Both the position numbers and the translations under genes were made by a program. Of a DNA stretch of 64,000 bases, positions 44,394 through 55,275 are shown piece by piece; positions within the stretch are counted from its first letter, which is position 1; the number at the start of each line of letters is the position of its first letter. Origin of the DNA: an uncultured Chloroflexia bacterium (GTDB taxonomy: Bacteria > Chloroflexota > Dehalococcoidia > UBA2979); contig CAVSIV010000006.1 of the NCBI GenBank assembly GCA_963728205.1, positions 1,808,145 through 1,872,144 of the forward strand. The letters are read 5' to 3'. The notes under the pieces were generated by a model. That model was not told the DNA's origin. It saw only the letters and a program-made list of their open reading frames with translations, and did not search any database.

Positions 44394-45347
44394 ATGGCCC
44401 ATCGCATCGCCATCACCGGGTCCTCCGGCCTGATCGGCACCCCCCTCGTCGCCGCGCTCCATGAGCGTGGCGACGAGGTGGTGCGGTTCGTCCGGCGGGC
44501 CCCTTCGGCCCCGGACGAGGTCCGCTGGGACCCCGCGAGCCGCAGCCTCGGCCCCCACGCCCTCGACGGTGTCGATGCCGTGGTGCACCTCGCCGGGGCG
44601 GGCGTCGGCGACCGGCGCTGGACGCCCTCGTACAAGCACGAGATCCTCGCCTCGCGCACCAACGGCACGACAGCCGTCGCCTCCGCGGTGGCCGAGGCGG
44701 GCCGGGAGATCAGGTTCCTGTGCGGGTCGGCTGTGGGTGTCTACGGCGACCGCGGCGATGAGGAGCTCACCGAGGACAGCCCGCCCGGAACCGGGTTCCT
44801 CGCGGACGTGGTCCTTGCGTGGGAGGCCAGCGCCCAGTCGGCGATCGACGCAGGCGCACCCGTCGCCTTCCTCCGGACGGGGCTCGTTCTGGCGCCGTCG
44901 GGCAGCCCGTCGCGAACCCTCTTCAGGCTGGACAGGTCCGGTCTCCTGCTCGACACCGAGGGCGGGGCGGCGGGTCCCTTGGCCCGCCTGGCCCGGCTGG
45001 GTCTGGGGGGTCCGATCGGCTCGGGCCGGCAGTTCTGGCCGTGGATCACTCTCGCTGACGAGGTCGGAGCGATCCTCCACCTCCTCGACCACCCCGAGGT
45101 CACGGGTCCGGTCAACCTCACGGGCCCCCGGCCCGCACGCCAGCGCGAGGTCGCCGCAGCCCTCGGGCGGGCGATGCACCGCCCAGCGGTCCTGCCAGCC
45201 CCCGCGTTCGCCGCCCGAGTGGCCGTCGGCGAGTTCGCGGGCGAGATCCTCGGCAGCCAGCGCATCGTCGGCGACGTGCTGCGCGAGAGCGGTTTCCAGT
45301 ACACCCATGGCGACCTCGAGTCCGCGGTCAGGTGGCTGGTCGGCTGA
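44394..45347 (+). CDS. TIGR01777 family NAD-dependent epimerase
   Basis: ITGSSGLIG, HLAGAGV.D.RW, GFLA..WE, GSGRQFWPWI and GPVN motifs. Confidence 0.92.
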   Translation: MAHRIAITGSSGLIGTPLVAALHERGDEVVRFVRRAPSAPDEVRWDPASRSLGPHALDGVDAVVHLAGAGVGDRRWTPSYKHEILASRTNGTTAVASAVAEAGREIRFLCGSAVGVYGDRGDEELTEDSPPGTGFLADVVLAWEASAQSAIDAGAPVAFLRTGLVLAPSGSPSRTLFRLDRSGLLLDTEGGAAGPLARLARLGLGGPIGSGRQFWPWITLADEVGAILHLLDHPEVTGPVNLTGPRPARQREVAAALGRAMHRPAVLPAPAFAARVAVGEFAGEILGSQRIVGDVLRESGFQYTHGDLESAVRWLVG

Positions 45348-45356
45348 CGACGACGT

Positions 45357-47144
45357 TCAGCCGTCAGCCCTGAGGTCGCTCACCCGCCACCCGGCGTCGG
45401 TGCGAACCAGGTCGACGAGGACCGAGGCACCGGCACTCGGCGGCCTCTCCTCGCGGTCGCCCCGACCCGTGACGGCGTACCCGCTGGTGTCGACGCGGGC
45501 GCGGACCACAGCGCGCGAACCCTCGACCGCAACGGTGGTCGCCGCGACGACCTCGTGGTGCAGGCCGAGGTAGCGGACCCCGGAGCGTCGCAGCTCGGTG
45601 ACGTCCGAGACGTCACGAGACCACGCGGCCGATCCGGGGGCGTCGACCTCGCCCAGTCGGGACGGACTGGCCGAGCGGAATGCTGCCGCTCGCGCCGCCG
45701 CCAACGCCGACACGAGCTCCGTCGGGCGGTCCGAGGGCGCGTCGGCGTCGAGTCGCGGATCGAGCGAGCGGTCGTCGAAGAGCTTCTCGGCGGGGAACGA
45801 ATCGGCGGGACGCTGCCCAGCGGGCCCGGAGACCGCCGACGGGTCCAGAGCCGGCCCGCCGCGTCCTGGCCATCCCGGGGTAGTGGAACCGAGGCCGGCC
45901 ACCGCCAGTGCGACCACGGCGACCGCCACGACGACGGCTCGCCCGGGAACCCGCCCGCCCGTGGCGGGCCCCCGCCGTCCCCCCGTCCGCCGTCCCGCCC
46001 CGTGTCGGGGCGTTCCGTGGGGAGACGGTCGAGGAGGCCTCGCCCTCGGCACCTCGAGGGAGCCAGGACGGGGAGTGCGGTGCCCCCTCCGCACCGCACT
46101 CCCCGCGCTGCCGAGGACTGCGGGCTCTGGCCGTGCGGGCTCCGGCCGTGCGGGCTCCGGCGCCGAGCCACGCCAGCGCCACGGGCGCAGCCAGTTCCGC
46201 GAGCCCAGCCACGGCATCCGCCCTCGCCAGGAGCGGCGACCCCGGACGGCCACGGGCTGGGTCGCCCCCGGCACGCCATCGGAGCCTGCCGCCGCCCGCA
46301 GCCGGTACGTGACGGCGCTGACGTCGTCATCGCCCTTCACGAGGTGGATCGGTCGTGGTGTCGCCGCTGAGAACAGCGCCCAGGCCAGCGCGTCGGCGTC
46401 GGGTCGCGTCGACGCGTCGGCGTCGATGGCCGAGTCCAGTGCCGCGACGAGGGCAGACAGCTCCGGCGTCGCGGCGGCGCCGGCCACGTCGGCCAGGGCC
46501 GGGCGCAGCCCCGGAGCCCCCGGGACCGACCCGGTGAGGCACAACCACCCCAGCGCACCGAGGGAGTAGACGTCGGCGGCGGGCGAGGGGTCCGACCCGA
46601 GGACGACCTCGGGTGCGACGTAGCCGTCCGAGCCCCAGACACCCGCCGGAGCCTCCCCGACGATCCGGCCGACCCCGAGGTCGCCGAGGTGCGGTCGACC
46701 GTCGAGGTCGAGGAGCACGTTGCCCGGTGAGACGTCGCCGTGGACCACACCGACGGCGTGCAGCCGCGCCAGTGCGGAGGCCACCGGCGCCAGCACGGTG
46801 ACCACCTCACCGGGCTCGAGGTGCCCCCGGGCCTCCACGAGCGCCTCGAGGCTGCCCCCGGCCAGGTGTGGCATCACCAGGGCCACCCGTCCGCCGGGTA
46901 GCGGGAGGCAGGCCTCGATGCGCACGAGGTGCGGTGACGCCACCGCCGCCGACAGTGCCGCCTCCCGGGCTGCCGCCTGAACCTCATCGAGGTCGGCGTG
47001 CACCACCTTGAGCGCCACCCGGCGGCCGTCCGCCTCGGTGGCCGCGACCCAGACCTCACTGGTGGCCCCGTGACCGATCCGTCGACCGAGCTCGAAGCCC
47101 GGGACCATCGGGGCGCTCTCCTCGGCACCGGCTGTGGTGTGCAT
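45357..47144 (-). CDS. Ser/Thr protein kinase with TM and extracellular NTF2-like tail
   Basis: IGHGATSEVW, VALK, HGDVSPGN, DLG, YVAPE and DVYSLG motifs; hydrophobic segment. Confidence 0.88.
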   Translation of the reverse strand: MHTTAGAEESAPMVPGFELGRRIGHGATSEVWVAATEADGRRVALKVVHADLDEVQAAAREAALSAAVASPHLVRIEACLPLPGGRVALVMPHLAGGSLEALVEARGHLEPGEVVTVLAPVASALARLHAVGVVHGDVSPGNVLLDLDGRPHLGDLGVGRIVGEAPAGVWGSDGYVAPEVVLGSDPSPAADVYSLGALGWLCLTGSVPGAPGLRPALADVAGAAATPELSALVAALDSAIDADASTRPDADALAWALFSAATPRPIHLVKGDDDVSAVTYRLRAAAGSDGVPGATQPVAVRGRRSWRGRMPWLGSRNWLRPWRWRGSAPEPARPEPARPEPAVLGSAGSAVRRGHRTPRPGSLEVPRARPPRPSPHGTPRHGAGRRTGGRRGPATGGRVPGRAVVVAVAVVALAVAGLGSTTPGWPGRGGPALDPSAVSGPAGQRPADSFPAEKLFDDRSLDPRLDADAPSDRPTELVSALAAARAAAFRSASPSRLGEVDAPGSAAWSRDVSDVTELRRSGVRYLGLHHEVVAATTVAVEGSRAVVRARVDTSGYAVTGRGDREERPPSAGASVLVDLVRTDAGWRVSDLRADG

Positions 47145-47247
47145 GGATCCACTCTGGCTCAGGGTCGCGCTCGGGCCATGACGTTGTCCACAGGCCCCCT
47201 GCGCTTCCTGACCACCACCGGGCCGCCGCGCGCCTAGGGTGACGTCC

Positions 47248-47982
47248 ATGGCAGCCGATGCACCGACCATCGTCGCGACCTCGGGCGGCTACCGTCCCGG
47301 CAGTCGCACCCAGCTCGAGTTCGACGCCCTCGTGCACCACGCGGTCGAGCTCTCCGGCTCGCACGGCCGCCGACCGCGGGTGACGTTCGTGGGCACGGCA
47401 TCCGGCGACCCGCGGTTCATGAACTACTGGGCCCATGAGGCCGGCCGCATCGCGGGCTTCGACCTGACCTGCCTCGACCTCTTCCCGATGCCCAACCTCG
47501 ACGACGTGCCCGGCCACCTCCTCACCCAGGATGTCGTGTGGGTCAACGGTGGGTCGGTCGCCAACCTCCTGGCCGTCTGGGACGTGCACGCCCTGCGACC
47601 CGCCTTTCGCGCAGCGTGGGAGGCCGGTGTCGTGCTCTCCGGGGTGTCGGCCGGGTCGATCTGCTGGTATGCCGGGGGCTGCACGGACTCCTTCGGCCCC
47701 GACCTGAGGCCGGTCACGAACGGCCTGGGCCTGTTGCCCTACGGCAACGGCGTGCACTATGACTCCGAGGAGTCCCGTCGCCCAGCGGTCCGGGCACTCG
47801 TCGCCGACGGCACGCTGCCCGAGACGCACTGCACGGACGACGGGGTCGGGCTCGTCTACCGGGGCACCCACCTCGTCGAGGCCGTGTCCGAGACCGAGGG
47901 CAAGGCCGCCTTCGTCGTCACCCGGGACGGCGAGTCGGTGCGCGAGGAGCGGATCGAGCCCCGCCGTCTTCGGTCCGCCTGA
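47248..47982 (+). CDS. pepE: Peptidase E (S51)
   Basis: TASGD, VNGGSVANLL, GVSAGSICW and VHYD motifs. Confidence 0.88.
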   Translation: MAADAPTIVATSGGYRPGSRTQLEFDALVHHAVELSGSHGRRPRVTFVGTASGDPRFMNYWAHEAGRIAGFDLTCLDLFPMPNLDDVPGHLLTQDVVWVNGGSVANLLAVWDVHALRPAFRAAWEAGVVLSGVSAGSICWYAGGCTDSFGPDLRPVTNGLGLLPYGNGVHYDSEESRRPAVRALVADGTLPETHCTDDGVGLVYRGTHLVEAVSETEGKAAFVVTRDGESVREERIEPRRLRSA

Positions 47983-47991
47983 CCGGAGCGG

Positions 47992-49024
47992 TCAGGGGCG
48001 GGGGGTGTGCACGGCGGTCACCTGGTTGTGGTCCGCGGAGACCCGAGCCGCATCGATGACGGCCAGGGTGTGCACGGCGTCCCACGGGTCGACCGGCATC
48101 TCGTCCTGGGGTCGTGCCGAACCCAGGGCCGCCTCGATCGCGCGGTAGAGGTCGGCCTGGCGGGTGCCCTCCCGGGCCACGGCCTCGCGCTCCTCGCCGC
48201 GGTAGAGCCAGCCGCTGTGCGCCGGGTCCGCGTCGGCCTGGCCGCTCCACGGGTGTGCTTCTCCCTCGAAGTCGGCCAGGACGTAGGCCGCACGCGTACC
48301 CAGGAGCCGCACCCTCGGCCCCGGTGCCCCGGACAGGGAGGTGGCGCCGAGGTGGGAGACCACACCCCCGTCGTGGCGGCAGACGAGGAAGGCGTCGTCC
48401 TCTGCCTTCGTCGTCCGGGCGGCCACGGTCGCGAACACGGTCTCGACGGGCCCGAAGAGCTGGACGGCGGCATCGACGAGGTGGCTGTGCAGGTCGAGGA
48501 GGAGACCACCGCCGTCGGCGGCGCCGGCGTTCTCCCGCCACCGGCTCTTGGGCACCGGCCGCCACCGCTCCCACCGCATCTCGTAGCGGAACGGGTCGCC
48601 GACCAGGCCCTCGGCGACGACCCGCGCCACGGTCGCGTGCTCCGGGTCGTAGCGTCGGTTCTGGAAGACGGTGAGCGGCACCCCGGCCCTCGCCGCGTGC
48701 CGGACCACCGCCGCCCCCGCCTGCGCGTCGACGGCGAGCGGCTTGTCGACCAGGCAGGCGATGCCGGCGTCGATGACGGCACGCACCTGCTCGGCGTGGG
48801 CGCCGCTGGGTGTCGCGAGCACGACGAGGTCGAGCCCCGGGAGGGCCAGGAGGTCCTCGAGCCGGGGCACCACCTTCGTCCCGGGGAACTCCTCCTGCGC
48901 GGCCCGGGCGCGGCCGGCGTCGGTCGTGGAGACCGCGGCGACGTCGACAGCCCGCCTCGTGCAGCAGGGGGGCATGGATGGTCTGGCCGGCCGATCCGAA
49001 CCCGGCGAGTGCGACACGCATCAT
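47992..49024 (-). CDS. Gfo/Idh/MocA oxidoreductase (frameshift)
   Basis: MRVALAGFGSAG..IHAP, ATP..H, VDKP, VFQNRR and GG.LLDL.SH motifs. Confidence 0.88.
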
Positions 49025-49065
49025 GGGCGCCAGCGTAGGCCCGTCCTCGCGGGCGCCGCGTTCCG

Positions 49066-51339
49066 TCAGGCGACCGGGGAGACGTCCTTCGACGGGTTCC
49101 TCGTCGGAGCGGAAGCGCGCCGGCCACCAGATCCGTGGGCCGATGTCGTAGGCGGCATGCCGGGACGAGGAGCGAGCGGACGACGAAGGTGTCGAGCAGG
49201 ACACCGAAGGCGACGATGAAGGCGATCTGCACGAGGAAGACGAGGGGCAGGACCGACAGCGCCGAGAAGGTCGCGGCCAGGACGATGCCGGCACTCGTGA
49301 TGACCCCACCCGTCACGGCCAGCCCGACGAGGATGCCGGGGCGGGTGCCGCGCACCTGCGCCTCCTCGCGCACCCGGGTCATGAGGAAGATCGAGTAGTC
49401 GATCCCCAGCGCGACGAGGAAGACGAACCCGTAGAGGGGGATCGCGGGATCCCCTCCGGTGAAGCCGAAGACGTGGTCGAACACGAGGGCGGCGATACCG
49501 ATCGTCGCGGCGAACGACACGACGTTGGCCGCGACGAGGAGGAGCGGTGCGACGAGGGAGCGGAGCAACAGGGCGAGCACGAGGAAGATGACGAGCAGGA
49601 TCGTGGGGACCAGCACCTTGAGGTCACGCGAGCTGGCCTCGAGCACATCGAGGTTCGTCGCCGCGTTGCCTCCGACGAGGGCCTCGGTGCTCACCTGGTC
49701 GAGGTCGTCGCGGAGCCGCTTGACGGTGTCCTCGGCTCCTTGGCTGTCGGAGGCGTCGTTCGTCGTCGCCTGGATGAGGACGGAGCCGTCGACGACCGGC
49801 GGTGGCGTCGCCGGCTGCCCCGGCTGAGGGGGTGCGATCCCCACGAAGGCACCCGCGACGCCCGGATCCGAGATGACGACCTCGAGCGCGGCCTCGGCGT
49901 CGCCCTCGGGCACGACGACCTGGACCGGGGTGGCGGAGCCCGCGGCGAAGTGCTCGCCGATGATCCGCTGGGCGACGATCGAGTCGGTGTCGGAGAGGAA
50001 CGTCTCGTCGATCGTCGAGCCGCTGGCCTTGAAGGTCGGCACGAAGGCGGCCGCGGCCAGGAGCAGGACGAGCGTGATGGACCAGGTGCGGCGCGGGTGG
50101 CGCCCGACGAGGTCGGCCACCCGTCCCCACACACCGGTCGTCCCGACGACGTCCTCTGCGTGGACGTGGTCGAGCTTGGGGGCGAAGGGCCAGAAGGCCT
50201 TGCGCCCGAACAGGAGCAGCACGGCGGGGAGGAACGTCAGCGACGCCAGCAACGCGCCGGCGATGCCCAGCGCCCCGACCGGCCCGAGTCCGGAGGTGCT
50301 CCGAAGGTCGGCGAGCAGCAGGCAGAGCAGGGCGAGGATGACGGTGGCCGCGGACGCCACGATCGGCTCGACAGCAGCGCGCCAGGCACGCCGCAGCGCC
50401 ACCCACGCGCTCGGCTCGTCGTGGAGCTCCTCGCGGAACCTGCTGACGAGCAGGAGGGCGTAGTCGGTCGCCGCACCGACCACGAGGATGAACAGGATGC
50501 CCTGCGACTGCCCGGACAGGGTGATGACGTCGTTGAGGGCGAGCTGGTAGACGACGAGCGAGGCCGCGCTGAGCCCGAAGACGGCACTGAGGAGCACGGC
50601 GATGGGCAGGATCGGGCTGCGGTAGACGATGAGCAGGATGATGAGCACGACGAGCAGGGCGACGCCCAGGAGGATTCCGTCGATGCCCGCGAACGCTGCG
50701 GCGAAGTCGGCGATCAGTCCGCCCGGGCCCCCCACGTGGGCCTCGAGACCGGCTGGGGTCAGGGTGGTCTCGATCTCCTCCCTCAGGGCATCCGCCCCCT
50801 CGACGAGGGGGGAGGTCTCGCCGTAGGCCTCCGTCCCGGTCGTGCCGTCGAGGGGAACGGCGATCAGCACCGCCTTCCCGTCCTCGGAGGGAACCGGGGT
50901 GGGGGCGTCGCTCGGGTTGAGGAAGTCACCGAGCGTGCTGTCCGGGCCGATCTCCGGCAGCGCCAGACCGGGCAGGTCCGTGGCGAACTGGGCGATGGCG
51001 CTCTGGTCCTCGGGCGTGAGCGCACCGCCGTCCTCGCGCTCGACGACGACGAGGTAGGGCAGCGTCGCGCTCTCGTTGAACCCCGCGACTGCCTCGCTGA
51101 CGAGGGTGGACTCGGCGTCCTTGGGCAGGAAGGTGGAGTTGTCGTTGGACTGGACTCCGGACAGCTTGCCCTGGGCCTGACCGCCGAGGCCGGCCACGAT
51201 GAGCCAGACGAGGAGCACGAGAAGAGCCAGGGCGATCACGGCCCGCGGGCGCTTCGCTGCGGCGACGGCGTCGAGGTGACGTCCCCCGTCGTCGTGCGCG
51301 GTGTCGGGTTCGGTGCCCGGTGACTCGCTGCTCGTTCAT
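49066..51339 (-). CDS. MMPL/RND family transporter (frameshifts at both ends)
   Basis: Two TM blocks; [31 protein letters not shown] and TGGVITSAG motifs. Confidence 0.9.
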
Positions 51340-51411
51340 GGCGCAAGCCTAGGGCGTAGCCGTGTCGGCCTCGGTTACGGTTCGGGCCAGGGCCCGGCAT
51401 ACGGTGGGGCC

Positions 51412-52045
51412 ATGCAGTTCGTGCACCTCGGCTTCGCCCCCGACACCGTCGACTACCTCGCGGGTTGGCAGGCGCAGCGCGACGTGCACGAGCAGGTGGT
51501 CGACGGCCGACTGGCCGACACGACCCTCCTGCTCGAGCACGACGCCGTGTACACCGCGGGCAAGCGCACCGAGCCGCACGAACGACCCACCGACGGCACC
51601 CCGGTCATCGACGTCGACCGGGGCGGGAAGATCACCTGGCACGGACCCGGACAGCTCGTGGGCTACCCGATCTGCCGGCTGACCGACGTGCCCATCGACG
51701 TCGTGGCCCACGTGCGCCGCCTCGAGGAGGTGATGATGCGCGTGACGCGGGACGTCGGAGTCGAGACCGTCCGGGTCGACGGGCGCAGCGGGGTGTGGGT
51801 GCTCGCCGACGACCGCGGCCCCGACCGCAAGCTCGGGGCCATCGGGGTGCGGGTGAGTCGCCGCGTCACGATGCACGGCTTCGCCCTCAACTGCGACGCC
51901 GACCTCTCGTGGGCCGACGCGATCATCCCCTGCGGCATCGCGGACGCGGGCGTCTCCTCGCTCACGATCGAGGCCGGTCGCACCGGTGAGCGTGCAGGAC
52001 GTGCTCCCGATCGCCGAGAAGCACCTCGCCGAGGTGCTCGGCTGA
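51412..52045 (+). CDS. lipB: Lipoyl(octanoyl) transferase (3' frameshift)
   Basis: [40 protein letters not shown] and PCGI motifs. Confidence 0.95.
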
Positions 52046-52114
52046 CGCCCGCCGGCGGCCCTCGGGGTGTCACAGGATTCGGGCGTGTCGCGGGCCCGGC
52101 GTAGGGTGGCACGC

Positions 52115-53141
52115 GTGACTGTCGCACCCGAGGGACGCCGCATGCTGCGGGTCGAGGCGCGCAACGCCGAGACCCCGATCGAGCGCAAGCCCGAGTGGAT
52201 CCGGACCACCGCGAAGATGGGCCCGGAGTTCACCCAGATCCACTCCATGGTCAAGGGACAGGGCCTGCACACCGTGTGCCAGGAGGCGGGCTGCCCCAAC
52301 ATCTTCGAGTGCTGGGAGGACCGCGAGGCGACGTTCCTCATCGGCGGGCGACACCTGCACCCGCCGCTGCGACTTCTGCGACATCGCCACCGGTCGACCC
52401 CAGCCGCTCGACCTCGACGAGCCTCGCCGGGTCGCGGAGTCGGTTCGCACGATGGGGCTGCGCTACTCGACCGTCACCGGGGTCGCGCGCGATGACCTCC
52501 CCGACGGTGCCGCCGGCCTGTACGCCGAGACCATCCGGCAGATCCACGCCCTCAACCCCAACACCGGCGTCGAGATCCTCCCGCCCGACTTCGGTGCCGA
52601 GCCCGCTCTGGTGGGTCAGGTCTTCGACGCCCGGCCTGAGGTCTTCGCGCACAACCTCGAGACGGTCCCGCGCATCTTCAAGCGGATCCGGCCAGCCTTC
52701 ACCTACGACAAGAGCCTGCGGGTGCTGTCCATGGCGCGCGAGGCGGGGCTGGTGACCAAGTCCAACCTCATCCTCGGCATGGGTGAGGAGGACCACGAGA
52801 TCGAGTCGGCCATCCACGACCTGCACGACGCCGGCTGCGACATCCTCACCATCACCCAGTACCTCCGCCCCTCCCCCAAGCACCACCCGATCGACCGCTG
52901 GGTCAAGCCCGAGGAGTTCGTGCACTGGTCCGACGTCGCCACCGACGCCGGCTTCAAGGGCGTCATGGCCGGGCCACTGGTGCGCAGCTCCTACCGCGCG
53001 GGCCGCCTCTGGGCCACCGCGATGAACCGCTGGGGTCGCCCGATTCCCGACCACCTCTCGCACCTCGCCGAGGCCGCGTCCGACCCCGCCCGCCAGGAGG
53101 CGGCGTCGTTGGTGGCGCGGGCCCCCCGCCCCGTATCCTGA
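52115..53141 (+). CDS. lipA: Lipoyl synthase (frameshift ~52348)
   Basis: [34 protein letters not shown] and VRSSY motifs. Confidence 0.95.
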
Positions 53142-53201
53142 GGCGCGACGCCCGCGGAGACGCCGCGGGTCAGCCGTCACCGATCAGGAGCGTCACCCCC
53201 C

Positions 53202-53928
53202 GTGTCCGACCAGCCCGCAGAAGAAGACCGGCCGCATCGCCCAGATCCGCCAGGCCTACAGCGCGATCAAGGGACTCGACCCCAACCTCGGCTGGTGGAT
53301 GCTGCTGGCCGCCGTCGGCACCTTCGGCGTGGCCGTGGCCATCGGAGCCATCTTCGGCGGCGGGTGGCTCTGGTATGCCGCCATCCTCGGTCTCCCCGCC
53401 GCCGCGCTCGCCGCGGTGGTCGTCATGAACCGCCGGGGCAACACCGCGATGTACCGCGCCCTCGAGGGGCAACCCGGTGCCGCCGGAGCCGCACTCCAGG
53501 GGCTGGGCCGCCGCGGCTGGTACGCCGCGCAGGAACCGGTCGCGGTCGAGGGCGCCCGCGGCATCCGGCCCAGCGACATGGTCGGTGCGGCGATGGTCTT
53601 CCGGGCCCTGGGCCGTCCCGGCGTGGTGCTGCTCGGCGAGGGCCCGCCCTCGAAGGTCACCAAGCTGCTCAAGCAGGAGGAGAAGAAGGTGGCCCGGGTC
53701 GCTCCGGGGGTCCCGATCCACCTGTGGACCGTCGGTGACGGCGAGGGGCAGGTGCCGGTCAAGAAGATCTCCGGCAAGCTGACCCGGATGAAGCCGGTGC
53801 TCAGCAAGGCGGAGACGTCGGTGGTGAACAAGCGACTGACCTCGCTCGGCGGCCTACGCCCCCCGATCCCCAAGGGCATGGACCCGATGCGTGCCCGCCC
53901 GGACCGCAAGGGGATGCGCGGCAAGTGA
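53202..53928 (+). CDS. DUF4191 membrane protein (5' frameshift)
   Basis: 'EGQPGAA', 'GRPGVVL.GEG', 'GEGQVP' and 'PIPKG.DP'; usual position next to lipA. Confidence 0.88.
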
Positions 53929-53955
53929 TCCGATCGCCGGACGCTGATCCGCTGA

Positions 53956-54001
53956 GCACGACGGAGGGGCCCTGCCAGGTGGCAGGGCCCCTCCGTCGTG
54001 C
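53956..54001. terminator. Bidirectional hairpin terminator between convergent genes
   Basis: Perfect 22-bp inverted repeat GCACGACGGAGGGGCCCTGCCA-gg-TGGCAGGGCCCCTCCGTCGTGC. Confidence 0.85.
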
Positions 54002-54027
54002 GTCAGGTGGTGGTCACCCGGCGAGGC

Positions 54028-54508
54028 TCAGGCCCGCACGGGGTGGGAGAGCATGCCGGCGACCCTCGTCATCGAGAACCCGAGGAGGATCTGGACCACG
54101 CCCAGGCCCATCGCCATGAAGCGAGACGCCGAAGGCGAGCACCGAGGTGAAGAGGCTGGCCCTGAGGAACGAGGCGTTCATCATCGTGGCCCGCACCGGG
54201 TCCTCACGGTCGAGCTCGGCGTAGGTCTTGCCCCCCGAGGCCTCGAGCGCGTGGTGGTTGATGATGTCGGCCTGCGAGTAGGCGGTGAGCGGGCCGTTGA
54301 CCTCGTCCCCGGCGAACCACTGGGCATCCTCGGCGACGATGATGTTCTCGGCCGCGAGCTGGTCCTGCACGACCATCCAGGTGGCGCCACCCGCCACCAA
54401 CATCACGGCTCCGATCGCCGCGACGACCCAGCCGACGACCTTGACGAATCCTGTCCCGCTCGTGGCGCCGGCGTCAGTACTCGGCGACCGGGTTGTTGTG
54501 TCACTCAT
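54028..54508 (-). CDS. Conserved two-TM actinobacterial protein (often labelled 'aromatic ring-opening dioxygenase LigA'; frameshift)
   Basis: 'QL..ENI.V..DA', 'GP.TAY.QA..I..H', 'GKTYAEL' and 'MNASFLRASLFTSV' motifs. Confidence 0.75.
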
Positions 54509-54561
54509 GTCCTACTCCTGCCCTGGTGTTTGACGTCGGATCTCCCCGACGGGACTCAGAT

Positions 54562-54585
54562 TACTACTATCTTTCGTAGTACTAC
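54562..54585. promoter_or_regulatory. Palindromic operator TACTAC-N8-GTAGTA overlapping GTAGTACTAC
   Basis: AT-rich dyad about 55-75 nt upstream of the 54508 start. Confidence 0.5.
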
Positions 54586-54621
54586 AACGCGTCACACCAT
54601 GCCGTAGGTCACAGCGACACC

Positions 54622-55029
54622 TCAGACGCGAACGATGCGGGTTCCGGCGGCGACATCGTGCAACCCGCGACCGTCCTTGCCGGACAGGACCGCCGGCACG
54701 AAGAGGCACAGGAGCGCAGTGCGGACGAGGACCTGCAGCGGGAAGGTTCCCGGCCGGACCTGCCACACCTGCAGGCCGAGGATGCGGTGACCGATCGTCG
54801 AGCCGACGAGCGTGACGAGCAGGAGGTTCTCCAGGGCGAAGACCCCCAGCGGAACGAACGCGCTGGCCCCCTGGGCCGGGACGTCGACGCCGAGCAGGCC
54901 GATCGCGATGAGCTGGCAGAGCAGCCAGTCGATGATGACCGCCACGACCCGGCGCAGCAGGGTGGCGTCCTCCGGCTCGCCGGCAGCCGGCATACCGGAG
55001 GCGCGCGGTTCGGGAGCAGATGGGGGCAC
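54622..55029 (-). CDS. RDD family protein
   Basis: 'RRVVAVIIDW', 'G.TIGH..LGL.V' and 'DGRGLHD..AGT'; divergent from glnA. Confidence 0.88.
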   Translation of the reverse strand: MPPSAPEPRASGMPAAGEPEDATLLRRVVAVIIDWLLCQLIAIGLLGVDVPAQGASAFVPLGVFALENLLLVTLVGSTIGHRILGLQVWQVRPGTFPLQVLVRTALLCLFVPAVLSGKDGRGLHDVAAGTRIVRV

Positions 55030-55157
55030 CCGGTCACTGTAGGACGCGGCCCGAGATGCGGTGAGCCCCGCCCTCGGCCCAGGCCGGCCTCCTCGGACGG
55101 TCCCGCGTCGGTCCAGCCCTCGGGCGCCCCGTCCCACACCTTGATACGGTGGCCTGC

Positions 55158-55195
55158 GTTACACCGGTGAAACACGCGAGTCACGGTCGGGAAAC
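55158..55195 (+). promoter_or_regulatory. GlnR box upstream of glnA
   Basis: GTTAC-n6-GAAAC-n6-GTCAC-n6-GAAAC matches the actinobacterial GlnR consensus; TAGAGT -10 at 55206. Confidence 0.88.
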
Positions 55196-55275
55196 CGCCC
55201 GTCCCTAGAGTGAGCGCAACGCCCCAGGGCTGGCGCCCGAAAGCCCCTCTGCCGTCCCGAACCAGGAGGTTCACA

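Noticed and set aside
52086-52107. Fourth PafBC promoter at lipA (TGTCGC-N10-TAGGGT)
   Set aside because: It has a mismatch in the hexamer and precedes a housekeeping gene, so it could be a chance match in GC-rich DNA.
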